From the NCBI GenBank assembly GCA_951406725.2, contig OX597828.1, positions 60,140,001 to 60,204,000 of the forward strand: a stretch of DNA of 64,000 nucleotides, written 5' to 3'. A model generated the notes under the pieces. That model was not told the origin of the DNA, did no database searches, and saw only the letters and a list, made by a program, of their open reading frames with translations. Each line of letters starts with the position of its first letter. Within the stretch, counting starts at the first letter, position 1. Position numbers and translations under genes: made by a program. Positions 13,595-26,155 of the stretch are shown here, one piece after another. The stretch comes from Octopus vulgaris. Lineage: Eukaryota.

Positions 13595-13664
13595 GTCAAT
13601 TGAGAAAACTTCAGCGACTTGTTGTACAATCCAATAAATTAACCAGTTTACCAAGAGCTATTGG
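13595..13664 (+). CDS. SHOC2: Next internal coding exon of SHOC2/SUR-8 homolog
   Basis: ttctag acceptor, gtatgt donor. The 70 nt continue in frame from the previous exon as (G)QLRKLQRLVVQSNKLTSLPRAI(G), matching SHOC2 [23 protein letters not shown]. Confidence 0.9.
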
Positions 13665-14428
13665 GTATGTAAAAATCTCTTTATTCTACTTACATGCATA
13701 TATACTTATTGTAACAATGCTTTATTAATGTCATGTATATCTATTTTCATGTTAATATGATAATGTATGAGCTTTTAGCCTGCAGTCCTAGAGACGCTTG
13801 TTTTCAGGTCAAATTATAGTAAATCTCATCTGTCATTTTAAGAGTATACATCATGCGAATGCATTGTTTGCAAAATCAGTGAGTTAGTTTTATACCTTTC
13901 ATTATCTTGTCACCATTGTACATCTGGTTGGAGCAGAGAACTAATACATAGTTTTGTTTACTGTAACAAAAGGTTTGATTATTATAGATGTTGAAAGCAA
14001 CCGAAGTCTTGAAAAAATTATTTGGAATATGCTTTAAAACTGACTTAAAGTGATAGCTGCACCATTGAAAATGAGGGTGCTCCATTAGAAGTATTTAAAC
14101 ATCATATACAAAGTAGAATTAATTTCATTCTAGAGAATGAGTATATTTGAACAGTCCTATGAGTTCTGTGTTCTATAATATGGGATTAAAGAATTAAAAA
14201 AAAAAAAAAAAAATCAATTGGCCCCAAACAGGAAAAAATATTCAGAATCAATTTGAATCATAAAAATCATTATAGTAAGTGATGCATTTGATTTAGTTTA
14301 CAAATGTAAACGTATACAGTTTGTTGTAATTGTTGTTGGTGAGAAAAGAGCGAAGTGTTTTATAAATGTGTATGAGATGAGCCTTTTCTAACATTAAAAG
14401 ATATCGTTTTATTATAGCTTACAAATTG

Positions 14429-15249
14429 CAAGGAGGTATCAAAAAGTTCCCTGACTAGTTATGTTTAATAAAAAATAACTTAATTACCTAAGTTTTAACA
14501 TCATCTCCTTCAAGATAATCTCCTTGCATAGTAATGCACCAGTCCCAGCTTTCCTGTCACTTTTGGAATCCAGCCTGGAAGTCGTTTTTCATAAGCAAGT
14601 CAAGCACCTTCTGATTTGCTTTTGATCTTGACAGTGGTGTTAAAATGACAACCTTTGAGCTGCCTTTTCATCTTGGAAGTCTGCAGGTGCAGGTGTTGTT
14701 TTTGGTAAGAAATACATGAGTGAGGAGAGCTCAGTGACAGGATGCATTGTTGTCATGAAGAATCCAATTTTTCATGCTCCACAGATCTGGTCACTTTTGG
14801 AAACATCGCAGTAGAACTCTCGATTGACGGTCTGGTTCTGAGGGACAAATTGTTGATGCACAATACTGCAGATATAAAAAAAAACCACGAACATGCTCTT
14901 GATTGAGTTGCAGCTGTTTTGAAGCACCCATACCACTCGAAACATTGCATACGACCCATTGCCTCATCACTGTAAGCTTGCCAAAACATGCTCAATGTCT
15001 CTGTAGCAGATTTCCCAAGTTTAATTTCACGTTGGCTCTTTGTCTCAGCTTCCTGTCCATGACAAAAATTATAGATTACAGCATATACATGATCACAAAT
15101 TTCACAACTTGCGAAGTAAAAACAGTGATATCACTTGGCACACTGCCTCATAAAGATCACTGCTAGCTCTCACTGCGCGTGCAACTGTCTGCTGCCATCT
15201 GTCAGCATGCTACAGAACTAATCTAGGAATTTTTTGATACCACCTCACA
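14429..15249 (-). mobile_element. Internally deleted mariner transposon relic
   Basis: TIR-like ends ggaggtatcaaaaagttccc..actagtt / aacta..ggaattttttgataccacctc. Minus ORF QAYSDEAMGRMQCFEWYGCFK is a mariner HTH. Confidence 0.8.
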
Positions 15250-17062
15250 TGCAATGTGCATACCAGCCCAGAGAGAATGTCCAGAGAAAATGTTTAAAAA
15301 AATGAACAGTTAAAATGTCTTTTTAGTAAACCAAACTCTATATTTGTGTTTTTATATGCTTTTTATTTTACCTATTTCAGCCTGTGGGTTGTAGCTATGC
15401 TGAGACACTGCCATATATGTAATATTAGTTGTGTATCAGAGTTAAATTGTGAACAATATGTTTCAAAATGTGTTTGACCATGTGACAAGTCTTTCAAAGT
15501 GTATAGAAATAATTATGTGCAAGATAAATTTAGGTGCTTATTGATAGCAGTTTCTGACAAATGGCTCTGTGTATGTGGACTGATAAACTGTCTTATTTGG
15601 CCATATACATATCAAATCAACAAGAAATACTTCTGTTTCCATGCATGAGAACGTACAGTACAAACTAACATGTTGGAAGCTAAGATCCATAATGTCAAAA
15701 ATGGCCAGTGGATCAAGAGTTCAAGTTTCTCAGCTGGATGTCTTGTTACTCATTGTATGTTAATTTGACTGACATTAGCATGTAATCCATCAGGTTGCAT
15801 CCCGAGAAATTTATCTATTGGAAACTCAGCAGTGATGGTGATACTACAGCAAATATTGGTTCTAAACTGTATAGTTTATTGCTCATAACTTTTTGTCCCA
15901 TTTTTCCCTAAACAAGTAAATTCACTAATCAAAGAACATCTAAATTATTAAACATCTAAATTATTGGTAACAATTCAAAGATTTGATATTTTACTCTTAG
16001 TATGCAGAAGTGATAGGTGTGTTATTTTGTATAATATTTTGAAGATTTCTTTGAAAGTATAGTAACAAACATTTCTATGCAACCTCAAATAAATACCTGG
16101 ACAGGGACTATTAACTACTGAATTTCTCTTCTGATAGCAGTTAGATATAAACACTGTAAATACTACAACAAGGTGTAAACAAATAGGAGTGGAATTTGTT
16201 GGCAGTGATGTCCAGTAGGTCATTCATATCTATAGAAGGAAGAATGTCAAGTACAAAACTTGGGGCACATTTGATTTGATAGTGTGGATCAGAGACCTCC
16301 ATCACATTTCATGATAGTATGATCTGACAGGACACCACTGGTTCCAAAGAGATTTTTCCAGGAGATTCAAGAACTAGACATATTTAAATGCTTTACTTAT
16401 GTGGAGTACAGCAACACTTTTTACTAAATTTTCAAGAATGAATTCCACTAGGGAATGACAAAGAATAGTAAATTTTAATGGAGAAACTGGCTCTATGGAA
16501 GTCGTATTGGTGTCATTAAAATGGGAGAATGTATTGAGGTGTTGGAGAAGGCTGATTTCATCACCTTTGAGATGTTAGAAGTTAGATTTTTAAAATGATA
16601 GTTCACAGGGTCAGAGAAGAATCCATTGTAGCATGTTTTCAAGGATTACTCTTTTCTTTCCTCTCCCTTCACTTGTACTACTCTTTACCCTATTCCCTCC
16701 TACTGCGTGATTTTGGACTCTTTCTATATAACTACTCATGTCTATCTGTCAGTCTATTTGAACTATTTGAGATAGATGGCTGTACAGAGATTGCTAGAAA
16801 GTTAGCTAAATATACAGATGACATTTTTTTTTAAATAATTTATTATGAAAAATAATTTTTTTTTTTAAATGTTTGTTTTCTGAATAGACACATCTTCAGA
16901 ATTTTGATTCATATTCCTGTTTATGTTTTATAATAAGTTACTTCCTTTGAAATGAAAAATTTCCTATTTTCAAATGTTGATACCTTAATAAGTTGGTTAA
17001 TTGTTTTAATGATGTTGTTGAGAACTAGTAATAATTTAGTAACTGAGACACAGAAAATACTA

Positions 17063-17280
17063 TGGCAGAAACATTAGCACGCTGGGCGAAATGCTTATTG
17101 GTATTTCGTCTGTCTTTACATTCTGAGTTCAAATTCTGCCGAGGTTGACTTTGCCATCTTTTCAGGGTCGATTAAACAAGTACCAGTTATGCACTGGGGT
17201 CAATGTAATCAACTAAATCCCTTTGTCTGTCTTTGTTTGTCCCCTCTATGTTTAGTTCCCTGTGGGCAGTAAAGAAATAA
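17063..17280 (+). mobile_element. SINE family 2 (tRNA-like head; central domain resembles the MetaSINE domain)
   Basis: A-box-like tggcagaaacattag, B-box gagttcaaattc, then gaggttgactttgcc..ttcagggtcgattaaacaagtacc. A-rich end. Confidence 0.65.
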
Positions 17281-18143
17281 ATATACACATATAAATATAC
17301 TCTATTATGGATATCTCAATTTATATGCATGTTTGTGAGACTATATATTTATGTATATTTTTTGGTCTTCAGATTTTTTTTCTCCTTTGTATTATATTAT
17401 TAATGATTTCCTAATCACCATTTTCTCTCCTGATAATACAATACATCACTTAAATTAATAATTGTGTATTTTAATTACATAATTATATAAATAATTATGA
17501 ATTATTTAATGCCATTGAAACAGCTGTTGAATACAATCATATTATGACAATTATATTATGAACTAAGTGTAGAATTTAGGCTTTTCTGGTTTTTATTTTA
17601 AACTAGCTTAAAAGAGTGTGTGGACTTTTAAGCTAGCTCCTGTGGAAAGCTAATTAGGCTTGTGCCCCAAAACTATAGAGAGCTGAATAGCATGACAATA
17701 ATATGTCTATAATGATTATATGCCCCAATGGTGTTTGATCAGTGGTTAAGGATGGATGAAAATTAATTGCTCCAGTCCCAATTTTAATTCCAAATGTTAG
17801 CCAATTTATACCCAAGTTTTTATCTCGACATAAAATTAATGAAGCGAATATCATTTATTTCCCCCATAATTTCTGATATCATCAGCCAAGGTTTACCTGC
17901 TAGGGATGTAATGGACAGATTTTCAATCCTGGGATCATCCTGATTCCAAAAAGATGTAGTATGTCTATGAAGAGCAAATGCAAACTGAGATACAGGGGTC
18001 CCAGACAGACAGAATTTGTCACTTCCTCTCACTCATTGCTATTACTTTCTCTCACTCCTTCTTTACTGAATTACTATTTTCTCTCCTCTCCCTTCACTTA
18101 TACTACTCTTTCTCTTACTCCCTCCAACTGTGTGATTTTGGAC

Positions 18144-18185
<42 letters not shown>

Positions 18186-18366
18186 AAATTAGAAAATGGA
18201 GAAACATACTTAAATCAATCAAACATCAACCATCAGATAATACCCAATGAATACTTTATTACACCATTACATAACAGCAAAGGCATTATACAAAATATAT
18301 TGTAAATATAATTAGACAAGGAAATAGAAATATAAAATATAAAATATAATATATAATTATATCATA

Positions 18367-18477
18367 TCTGACAGCTGTTTCGGCCGTGAGGATAAGTATG
18401 CCTCATTTAACCTATAAGCCATATAAGGCAGGTATAAATGAGACATTAACAAGGATGTCCCACAGCCTCTTCAGAGA
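18367..18477 (-). ncRNA. Type I hammerhead ribozyme motif with long stem II, in a Penelope-like repeat
   Basis: Minus strand reads UCU-CUGAAGA-[GGCUGUG...CACGGCC ~85-nt hairpin]-GAAA-CAGCUG-UC-AGA: intact core, palindromic stem III ACAGCUGU, GUC cleavage triplet. Confidence 0.75.
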
Positions 18478-19164
18478 ATTTAATTTAATATAAGTGTGAA
18501 AAAATTTTTTTACATATAAATATAAAAATATAAAATATAAAAATGTGTGCATAGACACTCATAATGCTACACATATATATATACTCATTAATACAATAAT
18601 ACAAAATAAACAAAATATATCAATATACATTAACAAACACAGTTATTCTACATATCGGACTCCTAGTTCCATAACTAACCTCAAGGAAAATATATGCACA
18701 CTCACATTTAAATTTAAATCAGACATATATACATAAAAAATAATAAAAAAACCCACAGTTCAGTTCATAAAATTATAACCCTACAAAAGCCGATAAAAAT
18801 TACTATTAATATTAATAATAATAATAATAATAAATACAACCATGACTGTACCAAGTACATCAATCAGACATCTACATATCTGTAAGTCTAATTCCTCTGT
18901 CCGCTTGATATTGATTATTCTAGAATGATTCGATTGGCTTATAGTTTTAAATTTGAATCACAAAGGAAATTTTACGGTTAGTTAGTCAAGAAACGCACAT
19001 ACGCACATCCACAGATCCATCGCACATACATACATAATTATATGTATACACACACACATACACTCATACACATACATAGCCACAAACACAGCCAGAAACA
19101 TAAATAAATAAATAATATAGGAGGTATAATCATAACTATGCAGCCATCAAGCCCCTCCACCAGT

Positions 19165-19965
19165 GGTAGAGTAATATGCTTTATTTAAAGCAGCAGAAAA
19201 TTCAACAAAACCTGTTACTCCGAGTTTCGCGTTGCCGTTCATCAGACAGTTTTTGCTATTCTAGCAAGTAACAGAGTAACAGGTTTTGTTGAATTTTCTG
19301 CTGCTTTAAATAAAGCATATTACTCTACCACTGGTATTTGAGTACTCTTTTTTCCACCTTGTTTCACATTTATGTGTTTACTCTGATATATATATATATA
19401 CATGTCCAAAATCACACAGTAGGAGGGAGTAAGAGAAAGAGTAGTATAAGTGAAGGGAGAGGAGAGAAAATAGTAATTCAGTAAAAAAGGAGTGAGAGAA
19501 AGTAATAGCAATGAGTGAGAGGAAGTGACAAAGAGAGCATCGTGTATCTTCTACTATAATAATACTCTTGTGTTTTTCTCCGTCACAACATATGAATGAG
19601 AAAGAAAGGGGTGATAGATGAATAAGGAAGGAAGGGGTGAAAAAATCAAACAGTGTTTCAACTCTGTGTGAGTATATGTGTGCGTATGTAAAAGGGAGGT
19701 ATGTGATTGTGTGTGTGCAATGGAAGTGGGATGGTGAACATTCAATGCTGAAAATAAAATCAAACAGTGTTTCAACTCTGTGTCAGTATATGTGTTTAAG
19801 GGAAATATCTGAAAGTTTGTATGTGTGAACCAGCATTCTTTCAGTAACTATATATAAACTAACCAGCGTTCTTTCAGTAGAATAGCAAAAACTGTCCGAT
19901 GAACGGCAACACAAAACTCAGTGTAACAGGTTTTGTTGAATTTTCTGCTGCTTTAAATAAAGTAT
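19165..19965. mobile_element. Non-coding Penelope-like repeat in inverted arrangement
   Basis: 19165-19262 is mirrored by 19270-19335 and 19880-19965. Carries the hammerhead motif and is bounded by (TA)n. Confidence 0.6.
19212..19249 (-). ncRNA. Minimal type I hammerhead ribozyme motif (Penelope-like repeat)
   Basis: Minus strand reads CUGU-CUGAUGA-ACGGCAACGC-GAAA-CUCGGAG-UA-ACAG: stem I CUGU/ACAG, GUA triplet. Degenerate copies at 19892-19929 (+) and 28116-28153 (-). Confidence 0.75.
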
Positions 19966-20244
19966 ATATATATGTATATATATATATATATATATGTACA
20001 AATATATAAAAACACTACGCTCATTATTAAGAGATATAGTATTTTCATTAATCATTTTAGCCAATTTTGTTTTTCCATGCAAGTTGCTTCCACCAGAATT
20101 GACTGCATTGTAATGACATGTTGTTTAATGATTTGTTATTGAGCTTTTAATTGCTGTATATATATTTTATGATGTTTATACATTAATTTTATATCTAGAT
20201 GTATAAGATATGCATGCATGTATATAACACATGTATATATATTC

Positions 20245-20880
20245 ATCATCATTGTCGTCATCATTTTTAACAGCCATATTTCATGCTGACATGGGTTAGA
20301 CAGTTTGACAGGATCTGGCATGTCAGAGATTCAAGATTTGTTTAGTTTCTGTGGCTGGATGTCCTTCTTAATGCCAACTATTTTACAGAGTATACCAATT
20401 GTTTTTATTTTTTGTTGCTCTAGCACTAGTGAGGTTGCCATGCAACTTTTGAGACTAGTGGTGCTACAGTAGAGAGGAAGGCAGCTTTACGCTAGGAGAT
20501 AAGAGGTTAAAGGATGAAAGAATACAACTAATTTCTCGTTGTAGAGACACTACAGGGTTAAGAGAGAGTAGGAGTAAGTAGGGTCAAGCAGAAGAGATAA
20601 AACTACTGGTAATGAGGTATCAGGGTGAATCCCTGTACAAGAGACAGGATGTGAATGGTGTAAAGGTTGCAAGAGTGTATAGAGAGTTAGAGAATGTGAA
20701 ATGGTGAGGGGGTTGATGGAATGAATGAAAAACAGGTGCTGAAGGATAAGTATATTGTGTAGAGTCAATGGTAGATGTTGTGAACTGTGGATAAGGGGTA
20801 TGAGTGATTAAATGATACATGTGAATTGGGGGAGGTAAGGGAGAGTAGGAGATGACAGTACAGCAAAGGGTGAAAAGTTA
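20245..20880 (-). mobile_element. Old RTE family A 3'UTR fragment
   Basis: catcat..tttcatgctgacatgggttagacag..ggctggatgtccttcttaatgccaac tail followed by a purine-rich UTR. Confidence 0.6.
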
Positions 20881-20924
20881 TGGACTAATAATAAATATAT
20901 ACTATACAGACACTAATTCACTAA

Positions 20925-22515
20925 TTGCATGGTCTGCAGTTCAGTGATGAGTACACTGTAATCTGCAAATTGGAGGTGTGTTAGTTGCTCATCATTGATG
21001 TTCATACCACTTGTGCAGTCAGTGTCCTTGATGACCATTTCTAGACATGTGGTAAAGAGCTTTGGAGAGATGGTATCTCTTTGCTTGCTATCCTTTTCAG
21101 CTGGTATCTTTATTGGTGGTGACAGCAGAGATATATCTGTTGTGTATCCAAGGTTTATATCTTTGAGCAGTTTGATGTATTGCATCTCATCACCTTGCAT
21201 TTCCAGAGATTTCAACACTCATTCATCTCGATGCTATTGAAGGCTTTTTCCAGGTATACTGAGAATGCTTGTATTTATTCACTTGTTTTTTGAACTGTGT
21301 TAGAGTAAATACTTAATCTATCATATTATAGGTCTTATGGAAATCCGCTTGCTCTCCTGACTGTTGGTAGTCAAGGTGTTTTGATAGTCTGGTGACAAAC
21401 AGCTTTTTGAGGTGAGACAAGAAGCATATGGGGTGATAGTTTTTAAAATCTTCTTTATCGTCCTCTTTATGGAGCAGGATGGTATTTGACTCTTTCCGCA
21501 GTGAGGGTATTTTACCCTCCTTCAGATAGTGATTTAGTATAGAAGAAGGATTTTCCACAGCTTCTTCACCTTTACAACTTAACTTTCTGTCGTGATGCCA
21601 TCTTTTCCAGGAGCTTTGTCTGTTTCATCAGTTTGAGGGTATTTTCAATTTCATTGATCAGAATAGGTGACACTTCTGGCATTTGTAGTGGTGTGGAATC
21701 AAGCTTCACTGATGATTTAAAAAGGTTGGTGTGGAAGGTTTTGCATACGTCCTCCATCTACTCTTTGTCTGTCACCATGAGCCTATCCTTGTTCTTAAGT
21801 ACTGTAACTTCTGAGCTATAGAGTGTCAGCCCTCTCCTTCATTTTTAAAAACTTTTCCTTTCTTTCACAGCTTGGATCAATCTCTTCAGTCTAAAATCCT
21901 TGAATTCATTTTATAAATGTTGTGATTGCTTTGTAGAGAACAGAATACTTGAGGTTATCTTTCATGTTCCTTTTCATCATTTTTCTCTAAATTTTCTTCT
22001 TCTCCTCTGAGATTCTTCCTCTAGGCTCCTGCTGATTTGCAGCTTTTGCTTTCTATATGCAGCTTTTAATTTTCTGGACCAGCAAATTTAGTCTTCATCT
22101 AGTTCTTCAAACTGACACCGAATTCTTTTTTTTAACTTCCTGTAACTGTTTCCCTGATATTTTGTTGAGATATGCAGAGCCTTTTTCTCTCTGATTTCAT
22201 TGATCATGATCTTTACCAATAGTAAATGATGATTACTACCTGTGTTGAATAGAACTACTACTGAAATGTCCTGTAATATGCACCATTTGACCACAATGTA
22301 GTCAATTTCAGTTTTGTGTTGAGCACTTAGGAGCTATCCATGTCCATCCACTTCCAGGTTGCTTCCTTTGTAGCTGTTCCCAATGTAAAGTCTTCTTGTT
22401 TCTGCCATGGTAACCATACATTCTTCTCTGTCTCTCTTTCCTGATCCAAACTTACCAACATATTTCTCTCCCTGTCATCCTTTTCCATCCTTTGCTTTAA
22501 AATTTCCCATCACTC
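20925..22515 (-). mobile_element. RTE LINE family B, inverted 5' segment (endonuclease C-terminus to RT FADD region)
   Basis: Minus strand reads VMGNFKAK, EIDYIV, NHHLL, TILLHKEDDKEDFKNYHPI, EQADF, QRDTISPKLF, HLQFADY. Confidence 0.85.
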
Positions 22516-23051
22516 AGAGCTGAGCAGTAGATCTTAAAACGAACCACACATAAACAAAATATATGCAGTTGGAAGATGTAGCACATTTAGAGTTGGGAAA
22601 GGACTCTCATTGAATATGCGCGGAGATATGGATGCTGAAATTTCAAAGAGAATATGGGCAGGATGGAAGGCATTTAACATCATTTGGTTATCACACAAAG
22701 GGCCTTGGAAAAATTCATCCTAGGAACATCACTAAGAGAGCACATTAGAAATGAGATAATTTGAGAAGGGAACAGAATGAACAATGTGATTACAGAGTAC
22801 CGAAAGCACAATTTCTGTGCAGCAGAACATGTTGCAAGGTTTACAGACAATAAGTTGACCCTGTGCAGTTGCCAAGGAGTATCCAAGATATTGGAAAAGG
22901 CCACTTGGAAGGCCTCCATGATGATGGAAAGACAATTTAGTCGAGCAGTTTAAGTTAAGATAGAAAAGAATGGTGCAATCAAGACTGAATTGGAAATGCA
23001 TTGTGACCAGTGGTGTATAACAGCATCTGCTGAGCTAGTTGATACTCTGAT
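22516..23051 (+). mobile_element. RTE LINE family B, forward 3' segment
   Basis: Collinear with 55120-55781. Ends in the tail gcattgtgaccagtggtgtataacagcatctg. Confidence 0.8.
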
Positions 23052-23089
23052 ACATAAATTGAGACATATAAAGTGGTTAGTTACTTCCA

Positions 23090-24545
23090 ACTTGAAGTTA
23101 GAAGACTTTAGTGATGGAAACCAATCTAGAAAAACAAAATCTGGGAGTTTAGAGATCCAGTGAACAGTCAGAAATTTAGAGAAGTAATAGCTGAAGCAGT
23201 TTACAGTGAAGAGGAGACATGTAACATTGAAGAGAAGTGGAAGTTCCTGCAAGAAAACTAATTAAGAGTGACAGAACCAATCTGCAGCTGGTGCAAAATT
23301 CCAACCAGACCAAGAGCAATTTAATGATTGAACAGTGAAGTAAACTGCATCTTTAAAATGAAGAGACAGTCTTGGAAAAAACTAGAAAAATAGTGGCAGT
23401 AAAGAATTGTATCATGTAGTTAGAAAAGAAGCTAGGTGGCAAATGTAGATAGCAAAAGGAGAAAGAGAAACAGAAACAGAAACAGTTTTGCCAGTGTTGT
23501 AAAGCATATGGTGTTCCAGGTTGCTAGACAGTGTATCAAGAGAGTTATAGCTCAATTAATTAATTAGCAGAATTAGGCTAGACAAAATGAAGTTTGGCTT
23601 GTTCCAGGGAGAAGCACTACTGATGTTATTTTTATAGTCAGGCAACTGCAAGAGAAGTATTTGGCTAAGAACAAACTATTATACTTGGCATTTGTTGATC
23701 TAGAGAAAGCCTTTGATAGAGTATCTTACTGTGTGATACAGTAGGTGGGCTCTGAGGAAGCGAGGAGTAGATGAGTGACTTGTGAAAGCTGTACGGGTCA
23801 TGTACTTTTAGTAAGGTGAGAGTTAACCATGAGTACGGTGAAGAATTTGGTGTATAGGTAGGCATTCATCAAGGCCCAGACCTCAGTCCTCTTCTTTTCA
23901 TTATTGTCCTCCAAGCCATATCAGAGGAAGTTAAGACTAGAAGCCCCTATATGCTCATGATCTTACTCTCATGGCAGATTCTATATCAGAACAAGAAAAG
24001 AAATTCCAGATGTGGAAGCAAAACTGGAAATCTAAGAGTTTTAACATAGCAAAGACTAGGATTTTAGTAAGCAAGAAAACAGACAGTACCCTACTCACTT
24101 CAGGTAAATGGCCATGCTTGATGTATAAGAAAGGTGTATGCAAGAATTCCATACAGTATATCCAGTGCAAGCTATGGATACACAAGAGGTGCTGTGGAAT
24201 AATAGAAAGGTTATCAGAGAAAGTAGTGTTTATATATGGAAGATGCACAGGAGCCATAAAACCTACAGATACTCAGAAAATTGGATTTCTCAAATGCCTC
24301 AAAGGCTTTTTAGTGGTAGTGGATAATTGCTGCTACATAGAGGACCAAATTAGTAGTGGAGAGGATGTATAGAAAGTGTAATAGTTAGAATAAGAATAGG
24401 ATGGGAAAAAAAATTCAGGGAGCTTTTACCTCTGATGGTAACCAAAGGTCTCTCTCTCTCTCTGAATGAAAGGAAGGTTGTCAGAGGCTTGTATATGAAC
24501 AGCTATTCTACATGGTAGAATAGGCAGAGGATATATGAAGGCTTA
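23090..24545 (+). mobile_element. Decayed RTE LINE family A
   Basis: FGFVPGRSTTDVIFIVRQLQEKYL..LAFVDLEKAFDRV, degenerate Cys finger WPCLMYKK..WIHKRC, VVDNCCYIED. Confidence 0.85.
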
Positions 24546-24554
24546 AGAGGAATA

Positions 24555-24980
24555 GGGCTCTGCACCATGCCAACCAAGCAGGAGAATTCAGTCATGGCTG
24601 TCAGACAATTTCTACAACCACATCACCCCTAACATTTGGCCACCTAGCTCCCCAGACTGCAATCCCCTTGATTATTATGTGTGGGGGCACAGTTGAGCAA
24701 GAGATCAAAAAAACTCCTTGTAACACCAAAGATGAACTGAAGGCAAGAATTATGGTAGCATTCACCAACTTAAACCAGGAGACTTTCCAGAAGAGTTGCA
24801 GAAGTTTCCTAAGTCATCTGGAGGCCATGGTTGAAGCCAATGGTGATTTTATTGAATAAATTTACTCTTTAGTATTTCAAGATATTTTAATATAATTTTG
24901 GTAAATATATTCGTTAAAATGAGATGTCAGTGTTGTTATTATTTTTGTGTAATTTAAACAACAATATATTCACCACATCC
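24555..24980 (+). mobile_element. Tc1/mariner-superfamily transposase C-terminal fragment (maT/DD37D-like)
   Basis: WPPSSPDCNPLDYYV(W)GTVE..KDELKARI..LEAMVEANGDFIE*. Confidence 0.75.
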
Positions 24981-25936
24981 TCTGTGTGAGTGTGTGTGTG
25001 TGTGTGTGTATGCACACACACACACACACACACCATCTATTAAATCCATTTTTATTCATGCTGGTTTGTGTTGGGTAGATCATATAGTCTATTTTCCCAT
25101 AGAGTATATTTTCTGGCAACTAGTGAAAACCAGACGACTCTAATATTCCATTAACTCTAGAGATTTTGTCTGCAACAATCCTAATGAGTGCTTTTGAATC
25201 TGTATCAGCTGTTATTTGTAGTTAGTTCTCTTCAACTAACTGCTTTCCCTGTTAGTAACCACTTTATGTTCAGTGTCACACAGACTCTTTGATACTCTTT
25301 GTTGCTGAACTAACCACACATCTTGTCTCTCTCTTTGCTTCTTTCTCTCTCTCTTTCTCTTTCCCTCCCTTCCCTTATTTATGTTTGTGTGAAGGGATAT
25401 ATGGCCTTGTGAGTTGAGTGTTTTGCTCATAATCATTTAGTAATGGATTTAATTCCTGGTCCAGGATGTACATTGTGTTCCTGAGGAGGACACCTCATTT
25501 CATGTTGCTCCAGTTTATTAAGCTGCAAATTAATACCAGCTAGGTGCTTCTGCAGCTCTCTCCTTCTTTCCAGCAGTCACATCCTGAATGTTTCAGTCAA
25601 TGGTGAAGGGTGATTGGTGAAATCGTAGTATAAGTTACCAAACCATACTTATTCACAAGTGACTGCTAGCTGTACTCTGCTGTATGTGTTCATATGTATG
25701 TATGCATTTACATAATTTACAAATGTGAGAAACATTTATGATATATATTTTTTAATTTGAAGATCAGTCTTGCAGTTTATCAAGTTTTGCTTTTCTCTTT
25801 ACCAGATAACATTTCTTCTAGAAATGGATAACTATATTATATAGAGAACTCTCAAATATTTAGCAACAAAGTAAGTCTATTGTTAAGGAGTAAAAAGAAA
25901 AATGATAGTAGACATAGAGATACTCGAAAGATTTTC

Positions 25937-26155
25937 TTTTATTCTTTTACTTGTTTCAGTCATTTGACCTTGCTGGAGGGTTTCAGTCAAACAAATAAAC
26001 CCCAGGACTTTTTAAAGTCTAGTACTTACTCTGTTGGTATCTTTTGTCAAACCACAAAGTTACGTGGTCATAAATACCAAAACACCAGTTCTCAAGGGAT
26101 AGTGGTGGTGGTGGTGGTGTGTGTGTGTGTGTGTAGTGGGACTGAACCCAGGACC
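25937..26155 (-). mobile_element. Partial SINE family 1
   Basis: cttgtttcagtcatttgac..agtactta..gtgggactgaaccca. Confidence 0.65.

Larger units (their letters stand above)
18015..19532. repeat. 131-bp inverted repeat pair (18015-18145 / 19402-19532)
   Basis: Arms are reverse complements with about 2 mismatches. A more diverged partial copy lies at ~16655-16718. Confidence 0.9.
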
